Source: Micromonospora sonneratiae (GTDB lineage: Bacteria > Actinomycetota > Actinomycetes > Mycobacteriales > Micromonosporaceae). From it: a stretch of 64,000 nt of DNA. Below the pieces are notes generated by a model. The model made no database searches, was not told the origin of the DNA, and worked only from the letters and a program-made list of their open reading frames with translations. Of this stretch, positions 30,166 to 39,995 are shown one piece after another (within the stretch, counting starts at the first letter, position 1; each line of letters starts with the position of its first letter). The stretch is taken from the NCBI RefSeq assembly GCF_042679305.1, contig NZ_JBHTMP010000017.1:13551-77550 (forward strand). Reading direction: 5' to 3'. Position numbers and translations under genes: made by a program.

Positions 30166-30351
30166 CGGGCATCTCTCCTTCGACTTGTCGGCCACGGGGA
30201 CGGACTTCTCGTCCACCGGGACCCGGCTCAGCAGCGGACGGGCGCGATTGACAGAGCATGTCATGATCGCCGTGCCGATGCGGATGAGAAACGGTTTCAC
30301 CTGCTCCGAGTGGGTGCGCCGGGGGCGGGTAGCTGGGAGGGCGACGGTTCG

Positions 30352-30996
30352 ATGGGTGGGTTCGCCAGCGCGGTGCTCGACTTCCCGACCGTCGTCTTCA
30401 CGTTCCTGCTGGTGGTCGTCATCGGCTATTGGCTGCTCGTGCTGGTCGGCGTGGTCGACCTCGACGGTGACGCCGAAGCCGGCGGATCGGTGAACCTTCT
30501 GGCCGGGCTCGGGCTCGGCGGGCTTCCGGCCACAGTGGTCCTGTCACTTCTGATCGCGGTGGCGTGGTTCGTCAGCCTCGTCGGCACCGTGCTGCTCGAC
30601 ATACTCCTCGGGCTGACCGGACTCGTCCTGGTCGTGCTCTCGGTTTTCGTGCTGGTGGTGGCGCTGGTCTGCGCCTGGTCGGTCACCCGGTTGCTGGTGA
30701 TACCGCTGCGCCACCTGTTCCCGTCCAGCGCGGGCCCTTCCCGTACCGCCTTTGTCGGCAGGTTCTGTGTCATCCGTACCGGTCGGGTGACGGTCGACTT
30801 CGGCCAGGCCGAGGTGACGGCGGAGGACGGGTCGTCCGCTGTCGTCCAGGTGCGGCAGACCGGCGACGAATCCCTTGGTGCTGGCAGCACCGCCCTCATC
30901 TACGACTACGACGCTGACGGCGAGTTCTTCTGGGTCACGGCCATCGACGCCGAACTCCGCCCGGGCCACTCGCCCCATCGACCGAAGGAAATTTGA
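30352..30996 (+). CDS. NfeD/YqiJ-like membrane protein with C-terminal OB-fold (flotillin partner)
   Basis: N-terminal TM helices followed by a beta-rich C-terminal domain (VIRTGRVTVDFGQAEVTAEDGSSAVVQV). The stop overlaps the flotillin ATG (ATGA). Confidence 0.7.
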   Translation: MGGFASAVLDFPTVVFTFLLVVVIGYWLLVLVGVVDLDGDAEAGGSVNLLAGLGLGGLPATVVLSLLIAVAWFVSLVGTVLLDILLGLTGLVLVVLSVFVLVVALVCAWSVTRLLVIPLRHLFPSSAGPSRTAFVGRFCVIRTGRVTVDFGQAEVTAEDGSSAVVQVRQTGDESLGAGSTALIYDYDADGEFFWVTAIDAELRPGHSPHRPKEI

Positions 30997-33005
30997 TGGA
31001 AGTAATCACCACCGGGCTCGGCGTTCTGTTGGGTGTCATCCTTCTTGTCGTCATCTGCATCATGTTCATCGTCAGCCGACTGTTCCGGAAGGTGGAGCAG
31101 GGCAAGGCCCTGATCATCTCCAAGGTCCGGCGGGTCGACGTGACGTTCACCGGCGCGGTGGTCCTGCCGGTGCTGCACAAGGCCGAGATCATGGACATCT
31201 CGGTGAAGACCATCGACATCGAGCGGACCGGCAACGAGGGCCTGATCTGCCGGGACAACATCCGGGCCGACATCCGGATCACCTTCTTCGTGCGGGTCAA
31301 CAAGACCACCGAGGACGTGGTCAAGGTGGCTCAGGCGATCGGTACGGCCCGGGCCAGTGACCGGGAGACCCTGCAGGAGCTGTTCAACGCGAAGTTCTCC
31401 GAGGCGCTGAAGACGGTCGGTAAGCAGCTGGACTTCGTCGACCTCTACACCAAGCGGGACGAGTTCCGCGACCGGATCATCCAGGTCATCGGCACCGACC
31501 TCAACGGTTACAGCCTTGAGGACGCCGCCATCGACTTCCTGGAGCAGACCCCGCTGGCCCAGCTCGACGCCGCCAACATCCTGGACGCGCAGGGCATTCG
31601 CAAGATCACTGAGCTGACCGCGATCGAGCACGTCCGTACCAACGAGTTCCAGCGCAACGAACAGAAGGAGATCACCCGCCAGAACGTCGACGCCCGGGAG
31701 GCCATCCTGGAGCTGGAACGCCGGCAGGCCGACGCCGAGATCAAGCAGCGCCGCGAGATCGAGACGATGCGGGCCAGGGAAGAAGCGGAGATTTCCCGGG
31801 TACGGGCCGAGGAGCGGCTCAAGGCCGAGTCGGCCGGTATCCGTACCGACGAGCAGCTCGGCGTCCAGCAGGAGAACCTGGCCCGGGAGATCGCCGTCGC
31901 GGAGAAGAACCGGGAACGGGTCATCGCGATCGAGACCGAGCGGATCGAGAAGGACCGGCTGCTGGAGGTCATCGCCCGGCAGCGGGAGACCGAACTCTCC
32001 ACCATCGCCAAGGACAAGGAGGTGGAGGCGGAGAAGCGGTCCATCGCCGAGGTGGTCCGGGAGCGGATCGCGGTGGAGAAGACGGTCGCCGAGCAGGAGG
32101 AGAACATCAAGCGCCTGCGGGTGGTCGAGGAGGCCGAGCGGACCCGGCAGGCGGTGGTGATCCAGGCCGAGGCGGAGGCGCAGGAGAACCTGGTCAAGGA
32201 CATCAAGGCCGCCGAGGCGGCCGAGCAGGCGGCCAAGCACCGGGCCCGGGAGCAGATGGTGCTGGCCGAGGCCCGCCAGCAGGCGGCCGAGTTGGAGACC
32301 CGGGCGAAGATCCGGCTGGCCGAGGGCCTACAGGCCGAGGCGGCTGCCGCAGGCCTGGCCGAGGTGCAGGTACGCGAGCGGGGTGCCGAGGCGATCGAGC
32401 GGGTCGGCCGGGCCGAGGCGATCGTCGAGCGGGAGAAGGCGCTGGCGGTGGCCGAGGCGGTACGGGAGAAGCTCAAGGGCGAGGCCGAGGGTCTGACCGA
32501 GAAGGCAGCCGCGATGGCGGCCCTCGACGACGCGACCCGTGACCACGAGGAGTACCGCCTGCGGTTGGAGGCGGAGAAGGAGATCCGCCTGGCCGGCATC
32601 GACGTGCAGCGGCAGGTCGCCGAGGCGCAGGCCAAGGTGGTGGCGGCCGGCCTGGAGAAGGCCAACATCGACATCGTCGGTGGCGACACGGTCTTCTTCG
32701 ACCGGCTGATGGGCTCGATCACGCTCGGCAAGAGCGTCGACGGTTTCGTCCAGCACTCCGACGTCGCCCAGACCCTGGCGCGGCCGTGGCTGGACGGATC
32801 CTCGAACTTCACCGACGACCTGGGCAAACTGCTCGGCGCGCTGAACACCGCCGACGTGCAGAACCTCACCGTCTCCGCGTTCCTGATGCAGCAGATCAAG
32901 GCCGGTGGGTCGAACGCGGACAAGCTGCGGGAGCTGCTGACCGCCGCGCAGCGCCTCGGTGTGGCGGAGGCGCCGGTGGCCGCCCTCACCGGCGCGAAGA
33001 AGTGA
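30996..33005 (+). CDS. Flotillin-family SPFH protein (YqiK-like)
   Basis: N-terminal TM helix, SPFH/band-7 domain and a long EA-rich coiled-coil (flotillin repeats). Confidence 0.9.
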   Translation: MEVITTGLGVLLGVILLVVICIMFIVSRLFRKVEQGKALIISKVRRVDVTFTGAVVLPVLHKAEIMDISVKTIDIERTGNEGLICRDNIRADIRITFFVRVNKTTEDVVKVAQAIGTARASDRETLQELFNAKFSEALKTVGKQLDFVDLYTKRDEFRDRIIQVIGTDLNGYSLEDAAIDFLEQTPLAQLDAANILDAQGIRKITELTAIEHVRTNEFQRNEQKEITRQNVDAREAILELERRQADAEIKQRREIETMRAREEAEISRVRAEERLKAESAGIRTDEQLGVQQENLAREIAVAEKNRERVIAIETERIEKDRLLEVIARQRETELSTIAKDKEVEAEKRSIAEVVRERIAVEKTVAEQEENIKRLRVVEEAERTRQAVVIQAEAEAQENLVKDIKAAEAAEQAAKHRAREQMVLAEARQQAAELETRAKIRLAEGLQAEAAAAGLAEVQVRERGAEAIERVGRAEAIVEREKALAVAEAVREKLKGEAEGLTEKAAAMAALDDATRDHEEYRLRLEAEKEIRLAGIDVQRQVAEAQAKVVAAGLEKANIDIVGGDTVFFDRLMGSITLGKSVDGFVQHSDVAQTLARPWLDGSSNFTDDLGKLLGALNTADVQNLTVSAFLMQQIKAGGSNADKLRELLTAAQRLGVAEAPVAALTGAKK

Positions 33006-33012
33006 CGCCCGG

Positions 33013-36000
33013 GTGGCTGAGTTCGTGACCGGGTCCACCACCGTCGAATCGGGCGACCAGAACCGGACCGCCGACCAGGCGGGGATGGACGCCGGCACCT
33101 ACGACGTACTCCGGAACCGGCTGGCGGAACGCGCCACGGAGCTGGCCCGCCGGGCCGAGCAGCTCAACGCCCGACGGCTGGACGTCTTCGGCGGCACCGA
33201 GCTGCGGCTGCTCGGCACCGAGCGGATCCGTACGCAGCACAACTGCGTACCCCGCGACATCGTGTCGGTCGGCGGGCTGATGCTGTTCGGCTACAACGTG
33301 TTCATCGGGCTGAAGCCCGAGACGACGGTGGACGACGTCTTCTCGCTGCACCGGTTCACCCGCGAGGCGGCCCCGGACACCGGCGGCGGGGAGGTCTTCC
33401 GGTTCGCCGAGGTGGACCCGGTCGAGCTTCCCGAACTGCTACGTGACCAGCAGTTCGAGCGCGACTTCGGCGAACTCTACCGGTACTACCGGGAGACCCG
33501 GCTGCTGCAACTACGGCGGACCGACGGCCGGCTGCTGGCCATCTTCCAGACCGGTCCGCGTACCGAGGACATCCGGGTCCTGCGCTGGCGGGTCGACGCC
33601 GACGGGACGATCGGCTACCTCGACAACCGGGGCGAGCGCGACCACGTGTTCCCGCCCGCGCACGACTTCGAGTGGATCGAGACCACTCGTGAGGACCACG
33701 TGCTCGGTCGGCACCCGCACATCTCGATCCGGGGCGAGGTGTTCGTCGAGACGGTCGGCGGCAACCTCACCGTGAAGATCGAGAACAACACGGAGACCGG
33801 CGAGGGCATCTACGGCGAGCCGGTGGACGAGCCGCTACAGAGCCTGGCCGACGCCGACATCCACTACGCCGTCGTCGGTCCGCTGATCCTGCTCCGGATC
33901 CGGCCGTACAAGGAGACCGAGTGGCGGCACCTGGTCTTCAACACGACCACCAAGACGGTCGTACGTCTGGACGGCATCGGACAGGCCTGTCAGCGGTTGC
34001 CGGAGGACCACGGGATCATCTTCCCCGGGGGCTACTACCTGGCCACCGGGGTCAGCCGGACCTTCGACACGGTGGTCGACGACCTCGAGTTCGAGCGGGT
34101 CATCCGGTCCACCAACGGGGAGGACGTGCTCTACGTCTTCCATGCCCGCAAGGACGGTCGCAGCCTGCTGCTGCCGTACAACGTGATCCGTAAGGAGGTC
34201 GCCACCCCGGTTCCCTGCCACGGCTACTCGCTCTTCGACGACGGCACGCTGGTGGTGTTCCGGGCGACCTCCGAGGAGCCGACCCGGGTCCACCCGATGC
34301 AGATCTGGCAGACCCCGTACCTGTCCGACACCTACTCCGCCGCCCAGCCGGTCGGCAGTGGTCCGTTGGAGCGGGTCGGTAACGCAGACCTGGTACGCGG
34401 CATCTCGGACTGCCTGTCGGTGGCCCGGATGGTGGGCGAGATGACCCCGGCGGTCGGGGTGTTCGAGGCACTGATCGCCGGGTGCACCCGGGCCTTCGAC
34501 CACTACCACTGGCTCGGCGACCCGGAACTGGACGACCTGGGCGGGCCGCTGGCCGAGGTCCGGGCGATCGCGCAGCAGGTCCTGGACGAGTTCGAGAAGG
34601 TCCAGTCGCTCACCGCACAGGCAGCGGCGACCCTGGAGGAAACCGCCGCCCGGATCGCCTCCCTGGTCCGCCGGGTACGCGGCGAAGCGCCGCTGACCGC
34701 CGACGACTGGGTACGCCAACTCGCCGGGCTGCGTCAGGCGCAGGGCCAGTTGGTGACCCTGCGTGAGCTGCGGTACGTCGACGCGGCCCGGATCGACCGG
34801 CTGGCCGCCGAACTGGCCGAGGAGTTGACCGCCGCCGCCCAGCGTGCGGTCCGGTTCCTCCAGCAGGAGGACGCCTTCGCCGACTACCACGTCGAGGTCG
34901 ACCGGTTGGCCACGGCCGCCGGCGCGATCAGCACCGTGGCCGAGGCCGGGCCGGTCCGGGACCGGCTGGCCGAACAGGCCGAAGGGCTACAGATCGTCAC
35001 CGAGGTGGTGGGCAGCCTCGACATCGCCGACGCGACCGTACGGACCGGCATCCTGGAGCAGGTCGCCGAGGTGCTGGGCGGGGTCAACCGGGTCCGGGCC
35101 ACGTTGGACGGCCGTCGGGCGCAACTGCTGGCGGCAGAGGGGCGGGCCGGCTTCGCCGCCGAGTTCGCCCTGCTCGGGCAGGCGGTCACGGGTGCGCTGG
35201 CGGTGAGCGACACCGCCGAGAAGTGCGACGAGCAGCTGGGCCGGCTGCTGCTCCAGGTGGAGAACCTGGAGTCCCGCTTCGGCGAGTTCGACGACTTCCT
35301 CGCCGAGTTGGCGACCAGACGTACCGACATCTACGAGGCGTTCTCGTCGCGCAAGCAGGCACTGCTCGACGAGCGGGCGCGCCGGGCCGACCGGCTGGTG
35401 TCCTCGGCCGAGCGGATCCTGGTCAGCGTACGGCGTCGGGTCGGCGGGCTGCGTTCCCTCGACGAGGTGAACACCTACTTCGCCTCCGACCCGATGGTCA
35501 CCAAGCTGCGCGGGGTGGCCGACGAGCTGCGTACCCTGGGCGACCAGGTGCGGGCCGACGAGCTGGAGGGGCAGGTCAAGGCCGCTCGCCAGGAGGCCGG
35601 CCGGACGCTGCGTGACCGGATCGACCTCTACCGCGACGGTGGTGACACGATCCGGTTGGGCCGGCACGCCTTCGCCGTCAACACCCAGTCGATCGACGTG
35701 ACCCTGGTTCCGCACGACGGGCGGATGATGGTCGCCATCACCGGCACCGACTACCGCGCACCGGTACGGGACGAGGCGTTCGAGCAGACCCGGGCGTTCT
35801 GGGACCAGTTGCTGGTCTCCGAGTCCGCCGAGGTGTCCCGGGCGGAGTACCTGGCCACGTCGATCCTGGCCGAGGCGGAAGCCGGCACGTCGGGACTGAC
35901 CCTCGACCTGCTGCACGAGACGGCGGTCGGCCCGGCCGGGTTGCGCGACCTGGTCCGCCGCGCGGCGGAGGGGCGGTACGACGAGGGCTACGAGCGGGGT

Positions 36001-38151
36001 GTGCACGATCACGACGCGGCCCTGATCCTCGATGCCCTGCTGCGTCTGCACACCGCGGCCGGGCTGCTGCGTTATCCGCCCGGGGCGCGGGCCGCCGCCC
36101 AGCTCTTCTGGGCGTACGGCACCGGGGACACGGCCCGGGCCGGGTGGTCGAGACGGGCCGCTTCCCTGGGCCGGGCCCGTGCCCGGTTCGGCCGTACGGC
36201 CGCCGTCGGTGAACTGTGCGCGGAACTGGCCGACGCGGCTACCGCGTACCTGCGCGAGGTCGGCCTCGACGACCAGTTGACCGCCGTCGACCTGGCCGGG
36301 GAGTACCTGTTCGAGGAGCTGGCGCGGGAATCGTCGGCCGGCATGGCTGCCGGGACGCCACGCGGGTTCGTGACCGGGGCCGGGGCGCGGACGCTGCTCG
36401 ACCGGTTCCGTCGGACGCTGGGCGGGCCGCAGTCCAGGTCGACCAAGGAGTTCGACGACGACCTGCGGGCGCTCGGTGACGACCTTGCCGCCCGGCACCA
36501 GTTGGTCGTCGCCTGGCTGGAGGCCTACCTGGGCACCGTCCCGGCCGGCGCTGCCGCCGACCCGGGAGCCGGTGTCGCTGCTGATCCGGGAGCTGGCGTC
36601 GCCGCCGATCCGGGCGGTCTCTCCGCGTACGACCTGCCGGAGGCGGTCGCCATCGAGCTGTGCGGTGCCAGCCTGCCCCGGTACGAGTCGGCAGCCAACC
36701 TGTCGACGGAGGTGGGTGGGCTGTTGGCCACCCATCGGCGCATCGTCGGGTCGAACCTGACGCTGCGACTCGACGAGACCCTGGCCCGGACCCGACGGTT
36801 CCGCAACGAGCAGGTGCCGGCCTACCGGGCCTACCAGCAGCGCCGTAACGAACTGGTGGCCCGCGAACGGCAGCGGTTGCGGCTGGAGGAGCACCAGCCG
36901 AAGGTGATGAGCGCCTTCGTCCGTAACCGGCTGCTGGACGAGGTCTACCTGCCGTTGATCGGTGACAACCTGGCCCGGCAACTCGGCGCGGTGGGTGACG
37001 GCAAGCGGGTGGACCAGATGGGTCTGCTCCTGCTGATCTCGCCACCCGGCTACGGCAAGACGACCCTGATGGAGTACGTCGCCAGCCGGCTCGGCCTGGT
37101 GTTCGTCAAGGTCAACGGTCCGGCACTGGGCTCGGCCGTCACCTCGCTGGATCCGGCCGAGGCGCCCAACGCGACCGCCCGCCAGGAGGTCGAGAAGATC
37201 TCGTTCGCGCTGGAGGCGGGCAGCAACGTGCTGCTCTACCTGGACGACATCCAGCACACCTCGCCCGAGCTGTTGCAGAAGTTCATCTCGCTGTGCGACG
37301 GGCAGCGTCGGATGGAGGGGGTGTGGGACGGCCGCACCCGCACGTACGACCTGCGGGGCAAGCGGTTCGCCGTGTGCATGGCCGGCAACCCGTACACCGA
37401 GTCGGGGCAGCGCTTCCGGGTGCCGGACATGCTGGCCAACCGGGCCGACGTGTGGAATCTCGGTGACGTGCTCGCCGGGCGGGACGAGATCTTCGCGTTG
37501 AGCTACGTCGAGAACGCGCTCACCGCCAACCAGGTGCTGGCCCCGCTGTCCACGAGGGAACGCGGCGACGTGGAGCTGCTGGTCCGGCTGGCCCGGGGCG
37601 ACGAGACGGTACGGGCGGACCAGTTGAGTCACCCGTACTCGCCGGTCGAGTTGGAGCAGATCGTCTCCGTACTGCGCAAGCTGCTGCGGGTCCAGCAGGT
37701 GGTGCTGACCAACAACCAGGCGTACATCGCGTCGGCCGCGCAGTCGGACGCGTCCCGTACCGAACCGCCGTTCCAGTTGCAGGGCTCCTACCGGAACATG
37801 AACAAGCTGGCGGAGCGGATCGTCCCGGTGATGAACGACGAGGAACTCGAGATGGTGATCGACGACCACTACCGGGGCGAGGCGCAGACCCTGGCCTCGG
37901 GGGCCGAGGCGAACCTGCTCAAGCTGGCTGAGTTGCGTGGCCGGCTCACCGCCGAGCAGGCCCGCAGGTGGGCCGAGGTGAAGGCCGGTTACCTGCGGGC
38001 CCGGGCGCTCGGCGGGGACCGGGACGATCCGGTGAGTCGTGCGGTCGGGGCACTCGGCCTGTTGGCCGACCGGGTCGGCGACGTGGAGTCGGCGATCCAG
38101 CAGGTGGGTGCCGGGGTACGCCGGGTCGAGGTGGGCGGAGCGGCCGGGTGA
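33013..38151 (+). CDS. Giant (~1713 aa) flotillin-associated protein with C-terminal ATPase motif; the family is annotated 'DNA repair ATPase' in databases
   Basis: It starts 8 nt after the flotillin stop; GTG 33013 is tentative. Largely alpha-helical with an internal 24-nt tandem repeat (AADPGAGV x2.5 at 36551-36620). C-terminal region: Walker A LLLISPPGYGKTTL (about 37040-37070) and a Walker-B-like VLLYLDDIQH. Confidence 0.8.
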   Translation: MAEFVTGSTTVESGDQNRTADQAGMDAGTYDVLRNRLAERATELARRAEQLNARRLDVFGGTELRLLGTERIRTQHNCVPRDIVSVGGLMLFGYNVFIGLKPETTVDDVFSLHRFTREAAPDTGGGEVFRFAEVDPVELPELLRDQQFERDFGELYRYYRETRLLQLRRTDGRLLAIFQTGPRTEDIRVLRWRVDADGTIGYLDNRGERDHVFPPAHDFEWIETTREDHVLGRHPHISIRGEVFVETVGGNLTVKIENNTETGEGIYGEPVDEPLQSLADADIHYAVVGPLILLRIRPYKETEWRHLVFNTTTKTVVRLDGIGQACQRLPEDHGIIFPGGYYLATGVSRTFDTVVDDLEFERVIRSTNGEDVLYVFHARKDGRSLLLPYNVIRKEVATPVPCHGYSLFDDGTLVVFRATSEEPTRVHPMQIWQTPYLSDTYSAAQPVGSGPLERVGNADLVRGISDCLSVARMVGEMTPAVGVFEALIAGCTRAFDHYHWLGDPELDDLGGPLAEVRAIAQQVLDEFEKVQSLTAQAAATLEETAARIASLVRRVRGEAPLTADDWVRQLAGLRQAQGQLVTLRELRYVDAARIDRLAAELAEELTAAAQRAVRFLQQEDAFADYHVEVDRLATAAGAISTVAEAGPVRDRLAEQAEGLQIVTEVVGSLDIADATVRTGILEQVAEVLGGVNRVRATLDGRRAQLLAAEGRAGFAAEFALLGQAVTGALAVSDTAEKCDEQLGRLLLQVENLESRFGEFDDFLAELATRRTDIYEAFSSRKQALLDERARRADRLVSSAERILVSVRRRVGGLRSLDEVNTYFASDPMVTKLRGVADELRTLGDQVRADELEGQVKAARQEAGRTLRDRIDLYRDGGDTIRLGRHAFAVNTQSIDVTLVPHDGRMMVAITGTDYRAPVRDEAFEQTRAFWDQLLVSESAEVSRAEYLATSILAEAEAGTSGLTLDLLHETAVGPAGLRDLVRRAAEGRYDEGYERGVHDHDAALILDALLRLHTAAGLLRYPPGARAAAQLFWAYGTGDTARAGWSRRAASLGRARARFGRTAAVGELCAELADAATAYLREVGLDDQLTAVDLAGEYLFEELARESSAGMAAGTPRGFVTGAGARTLLDRFRRTLGGPQSRSTKEFDDDLRALGDDLAARHQLVVAWLEAYLGTVPAGAAADPGAGVAADPGAGVAADPGGLSAYDLPEAVAIELCGASLPRYESAANLSTEVGGLLATHRRIVGSNLTLRLDETLARTRRFRNEQVPAYRAYQQRRNELVARERQRLRLEEHQPKVMSAFVRNRLLDEVYLPLIGDNLARQLGAVGDGKRVDQMGLLLLISPPGYGKTTLMEYVASRLGLVFVKVNGPALGSAVTSLDPAEAPNATARQEVEKISFALEAGSNVLLYLDDIQHTSPELLQKFISLCDGQRRMEGVWDGRTRTYDLRGKRFAVCMAGNPYTESGQRFRVPDMLANRADVWNLGDVLAGRDEIFALSYVENALTANQVLAPLSTRERGDVELLVRLARGDETVRADQLSHPYSPVELEQIVSVLRKLLRVQQVVLTNNQAYIASAAQSDASRTEPPFQLQGSYRNMNKLAERIVPVMNDEELEMVIDDHYRGEAQTLASGAEANLLKLAELRGRLTAEQARRWAEVKAGYLRARALGGDRDDPVSRAVGALGLLADRVGDVESAIQQVGAGVRRVEVGGAAG

Positions 38152-38166
38152 ACCCGCATGCCCGGG

Positions 38167-39300
38167 TCAGGTCAGTGATCGGAGGGCCTCGGGCCGGTAC
38201 GGGATGAGTTCGTCGTTCCGGCCGGAGCGGATCTTCTCCAGCCAGGCGGGATCGGTCAGGAGGGTACGTCCGGCTGCCACGAGGTCCGCCTCCTGGCGTT
38301 CCAGCAGGTCCACCACCGCCTGTAGGCCGGTGTTGTCCGCGTGCCGGAACTCCAGGAACTCCGTGCCGTCGAGCCCCACCGAGCCGACGGCGATCGTCGG
38401 GCGGCCGGAGAGCTTTCGGGTCCACCCGGCCAGGGTCAGTGGCGAGCCGGCGAATGCGGGCAGCCAGAACCGACGCGTCGAGCAGTGGAACGCGTCGACC
38501 CCGGCGGCCACCAGTGGGGCGAGGAATGCCGCCAGATCGGCTGGGGTTTCGACCAGCCGGGCCGCGTAGTCGCTGATCTTCCATTGCGAGAAGCGCAGGA
38601 TGATCGGGTAGTCCGGTGCCACCACGCTTCGGCAGGCTGCCACGATGTCGGCGGCGAACCGGGTTCGGGCGACGAGATCCCCGCCGTAGCGGTCGGTACG
38701 CCGGTTGGTCCGTTCCCAGAAAAACTGGTCGATCAGGTAGCCGTGTCCGGCGTGCAGTTCGATGCCGTCGAAGCCGAGACGTTGGGCGTCGGCGGCGGCC
38801 CGGGCGAATGCCGCGATCACCTGCTCGATCTCTGTTTCGGTCATCGGCTCGGCAACCGGTTCACCGGTGAGGGACAGCCCCGACGGACCGATCGGCGGGA
38901 CGCCCGGGTTGGGTTGGTCGTCGACCGTGCGATCGGTCCCGACGTGCCACAGTTGCGAGGCGATGCGTCCGCCAGCAGCGTGTACCGCCGAAACCACGTC
39001 AGCCCAGCCGGACAATGGCGCGGCACCGAACAGGCGTGGCACCCGGGGACTGCTGGCCGACGCCGGATGGTCGACCACCGTCCCCTCGGTGATGATCAGC
39101 CCGATGCCGTGCGCGGCCCGGCGGGCGTAGTACGCGGCGACGTCCGGGCCGGGTACGCCGTCCGGCGAGTAGTTGCGGGTCATCGGGGCCATCACCACCC
39201 GATTCGGTACGGTGAGCCGGCCGATCGTGAACGGGCGGAACAACGCCTCGACGGCGTTCGGGACGAGAGTGTTTCCGGACACTGGGATGACTTCTTTCAC
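38167..39300 (-). CDS. NADH:flavin oxidoreductase (Old Yellow Enzyme family)
   Basis: FTIGRLTVPNRVVMAPMTRN, HAGHGYLIDQF and RFSQ motifs. The GTG start at 39300 overlaps the stop of the upstream reductase (GTGA). Confidence 0.85.
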   Translation of the reverse strand: MKEVIPVSGNTLVPNAVEALFRPFTIGRLTVPNRVVMAPMTRNYSPDGVPGPDVAAYYARRAAHGIGLIITEGTVVDHPASASSPRVPRLFGAAPLSGWADVVSAVHAAGGRIASQLWHVGTDRTVDDQPNPGVPPIGPSGLSLTGEPVAEPMTETEIEQVIAAFARAAADAQRLGFDGIELHAGHGYLIDQFFWERTNRRTDRYGGDLVARTRFAADIVAACRSVVAPDYPIILRFSQWKISDYAARLVETPADLAAFLAPLVAAGVDAFHCSTRRFWLPAFAGSPLTLAGWTRKLSGRPTIAVGSVGLDGTEFLEFRHADNTGLQAVVDLLERQEADLVAAGRTLLTDPAWLEKIRSGRNDELIPYRPEALRSLT

Positions 39301-39892
39301 GCCACGTACGGGGTGGTGGCCTTCGCTTCGCGTAGCGCATGGCCCCACCAGGTGAGCTGGTCGAGGAGGGTTTTGGCGGCTGCGCCGCACTCGTCCGGCT
39401 GCCGGGGCGTCCCGTCGGCGTCGAACTGCTGCCACGCGTTCTGGAAGCTGACCGTGTCCCGGATGGTCACCGCATGCAGTTCGGCGAAGACCGGGCGCAG
39501 TGCCTCGACGGCCCGCAGGCCGCCACTGACGCCGCCATAGGAGACGAAGGCGACCGGCTTCGCGTGCCACTGCCGGTGGTGCCAGTCGATGGCGTTCTTC
39601 AACGATGCCGGGAAGCTGTGGTTGTACTCCGGGGTCACCACGACGAACGCGTCGGCGGCGGACAGCCGGGGAGACAGGTCCTGGAGGGCCCGAACGGCTT
39701 CCGGTGCCGCCTCGGCCCCGAATGCTGGCAGCACCATGGGGAGTGCGGACTCGGCCAGGTCGACGACGTCGACGATCAGGTCGGTGCGTTCGCGGGCCAG
39801 GCGGACGAACCAGTTCCCTACGGTCGGGCCGAACCGGCCCTCCCGGACGCTGCCGATCAACACGGCGAGTTGCAGAGGCTGACGAGACATGG
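39297..39892 (-). CDS. NAD(P)H-dependent FMN reductase (flavodoxin-like fold)
   Basis: MSRQPLQLAVLIGSVREGRFG...VVTPEYNHSFPASLKNAIDW is the signature of the NADPH-dependent FMN reductase family. Confidence 0.85.
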
Positions 39893-39957
39893 TGATCCTC
39901 CGGAGCCGGCGGGCGTAGATCGTGGCCAGGCGTTCGGCCACCCCCTCGAAGGATCGA

Positions 39958-39977
39958 ACCTGAACAAATGTTGAGGT
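39958..39977. promoter_or_regulatory. Candidate SoxR box (imperfect palindrome ACCTGAACAAATGTTGAGGT)
   Basis: 16/20 positions are palindromic, with the ACCTCAA...TTGAGGT half-sites resembling the E. coli soxS operator. It lies 66 nt upstream of the reductase start and 19 nt upstream of the soxR start. Confidence 0.45.
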
Positions 39978-39995
39978 CAAGTTACGCTGGTCAGC

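Noticed and set aside
29450-30351. N-terminal 280 aa of ORFs 29450..30493 and 29518..30996 overlapping the MFS transporter on the opposite strand
   Set aside because: Only the segment from Met 30352 (the NfeD-like protein) has a membrane/OB-fold signature and an RBS. The upstream part is antisense to a real transporter.
34987-37869. 960-aa antisense ORF, and other long antisense ORFs, inside the giant flotillin-associated gene
   Set aside because: Artefact of GC3-rich coding sequence, which lacks stops on the opposite strand.
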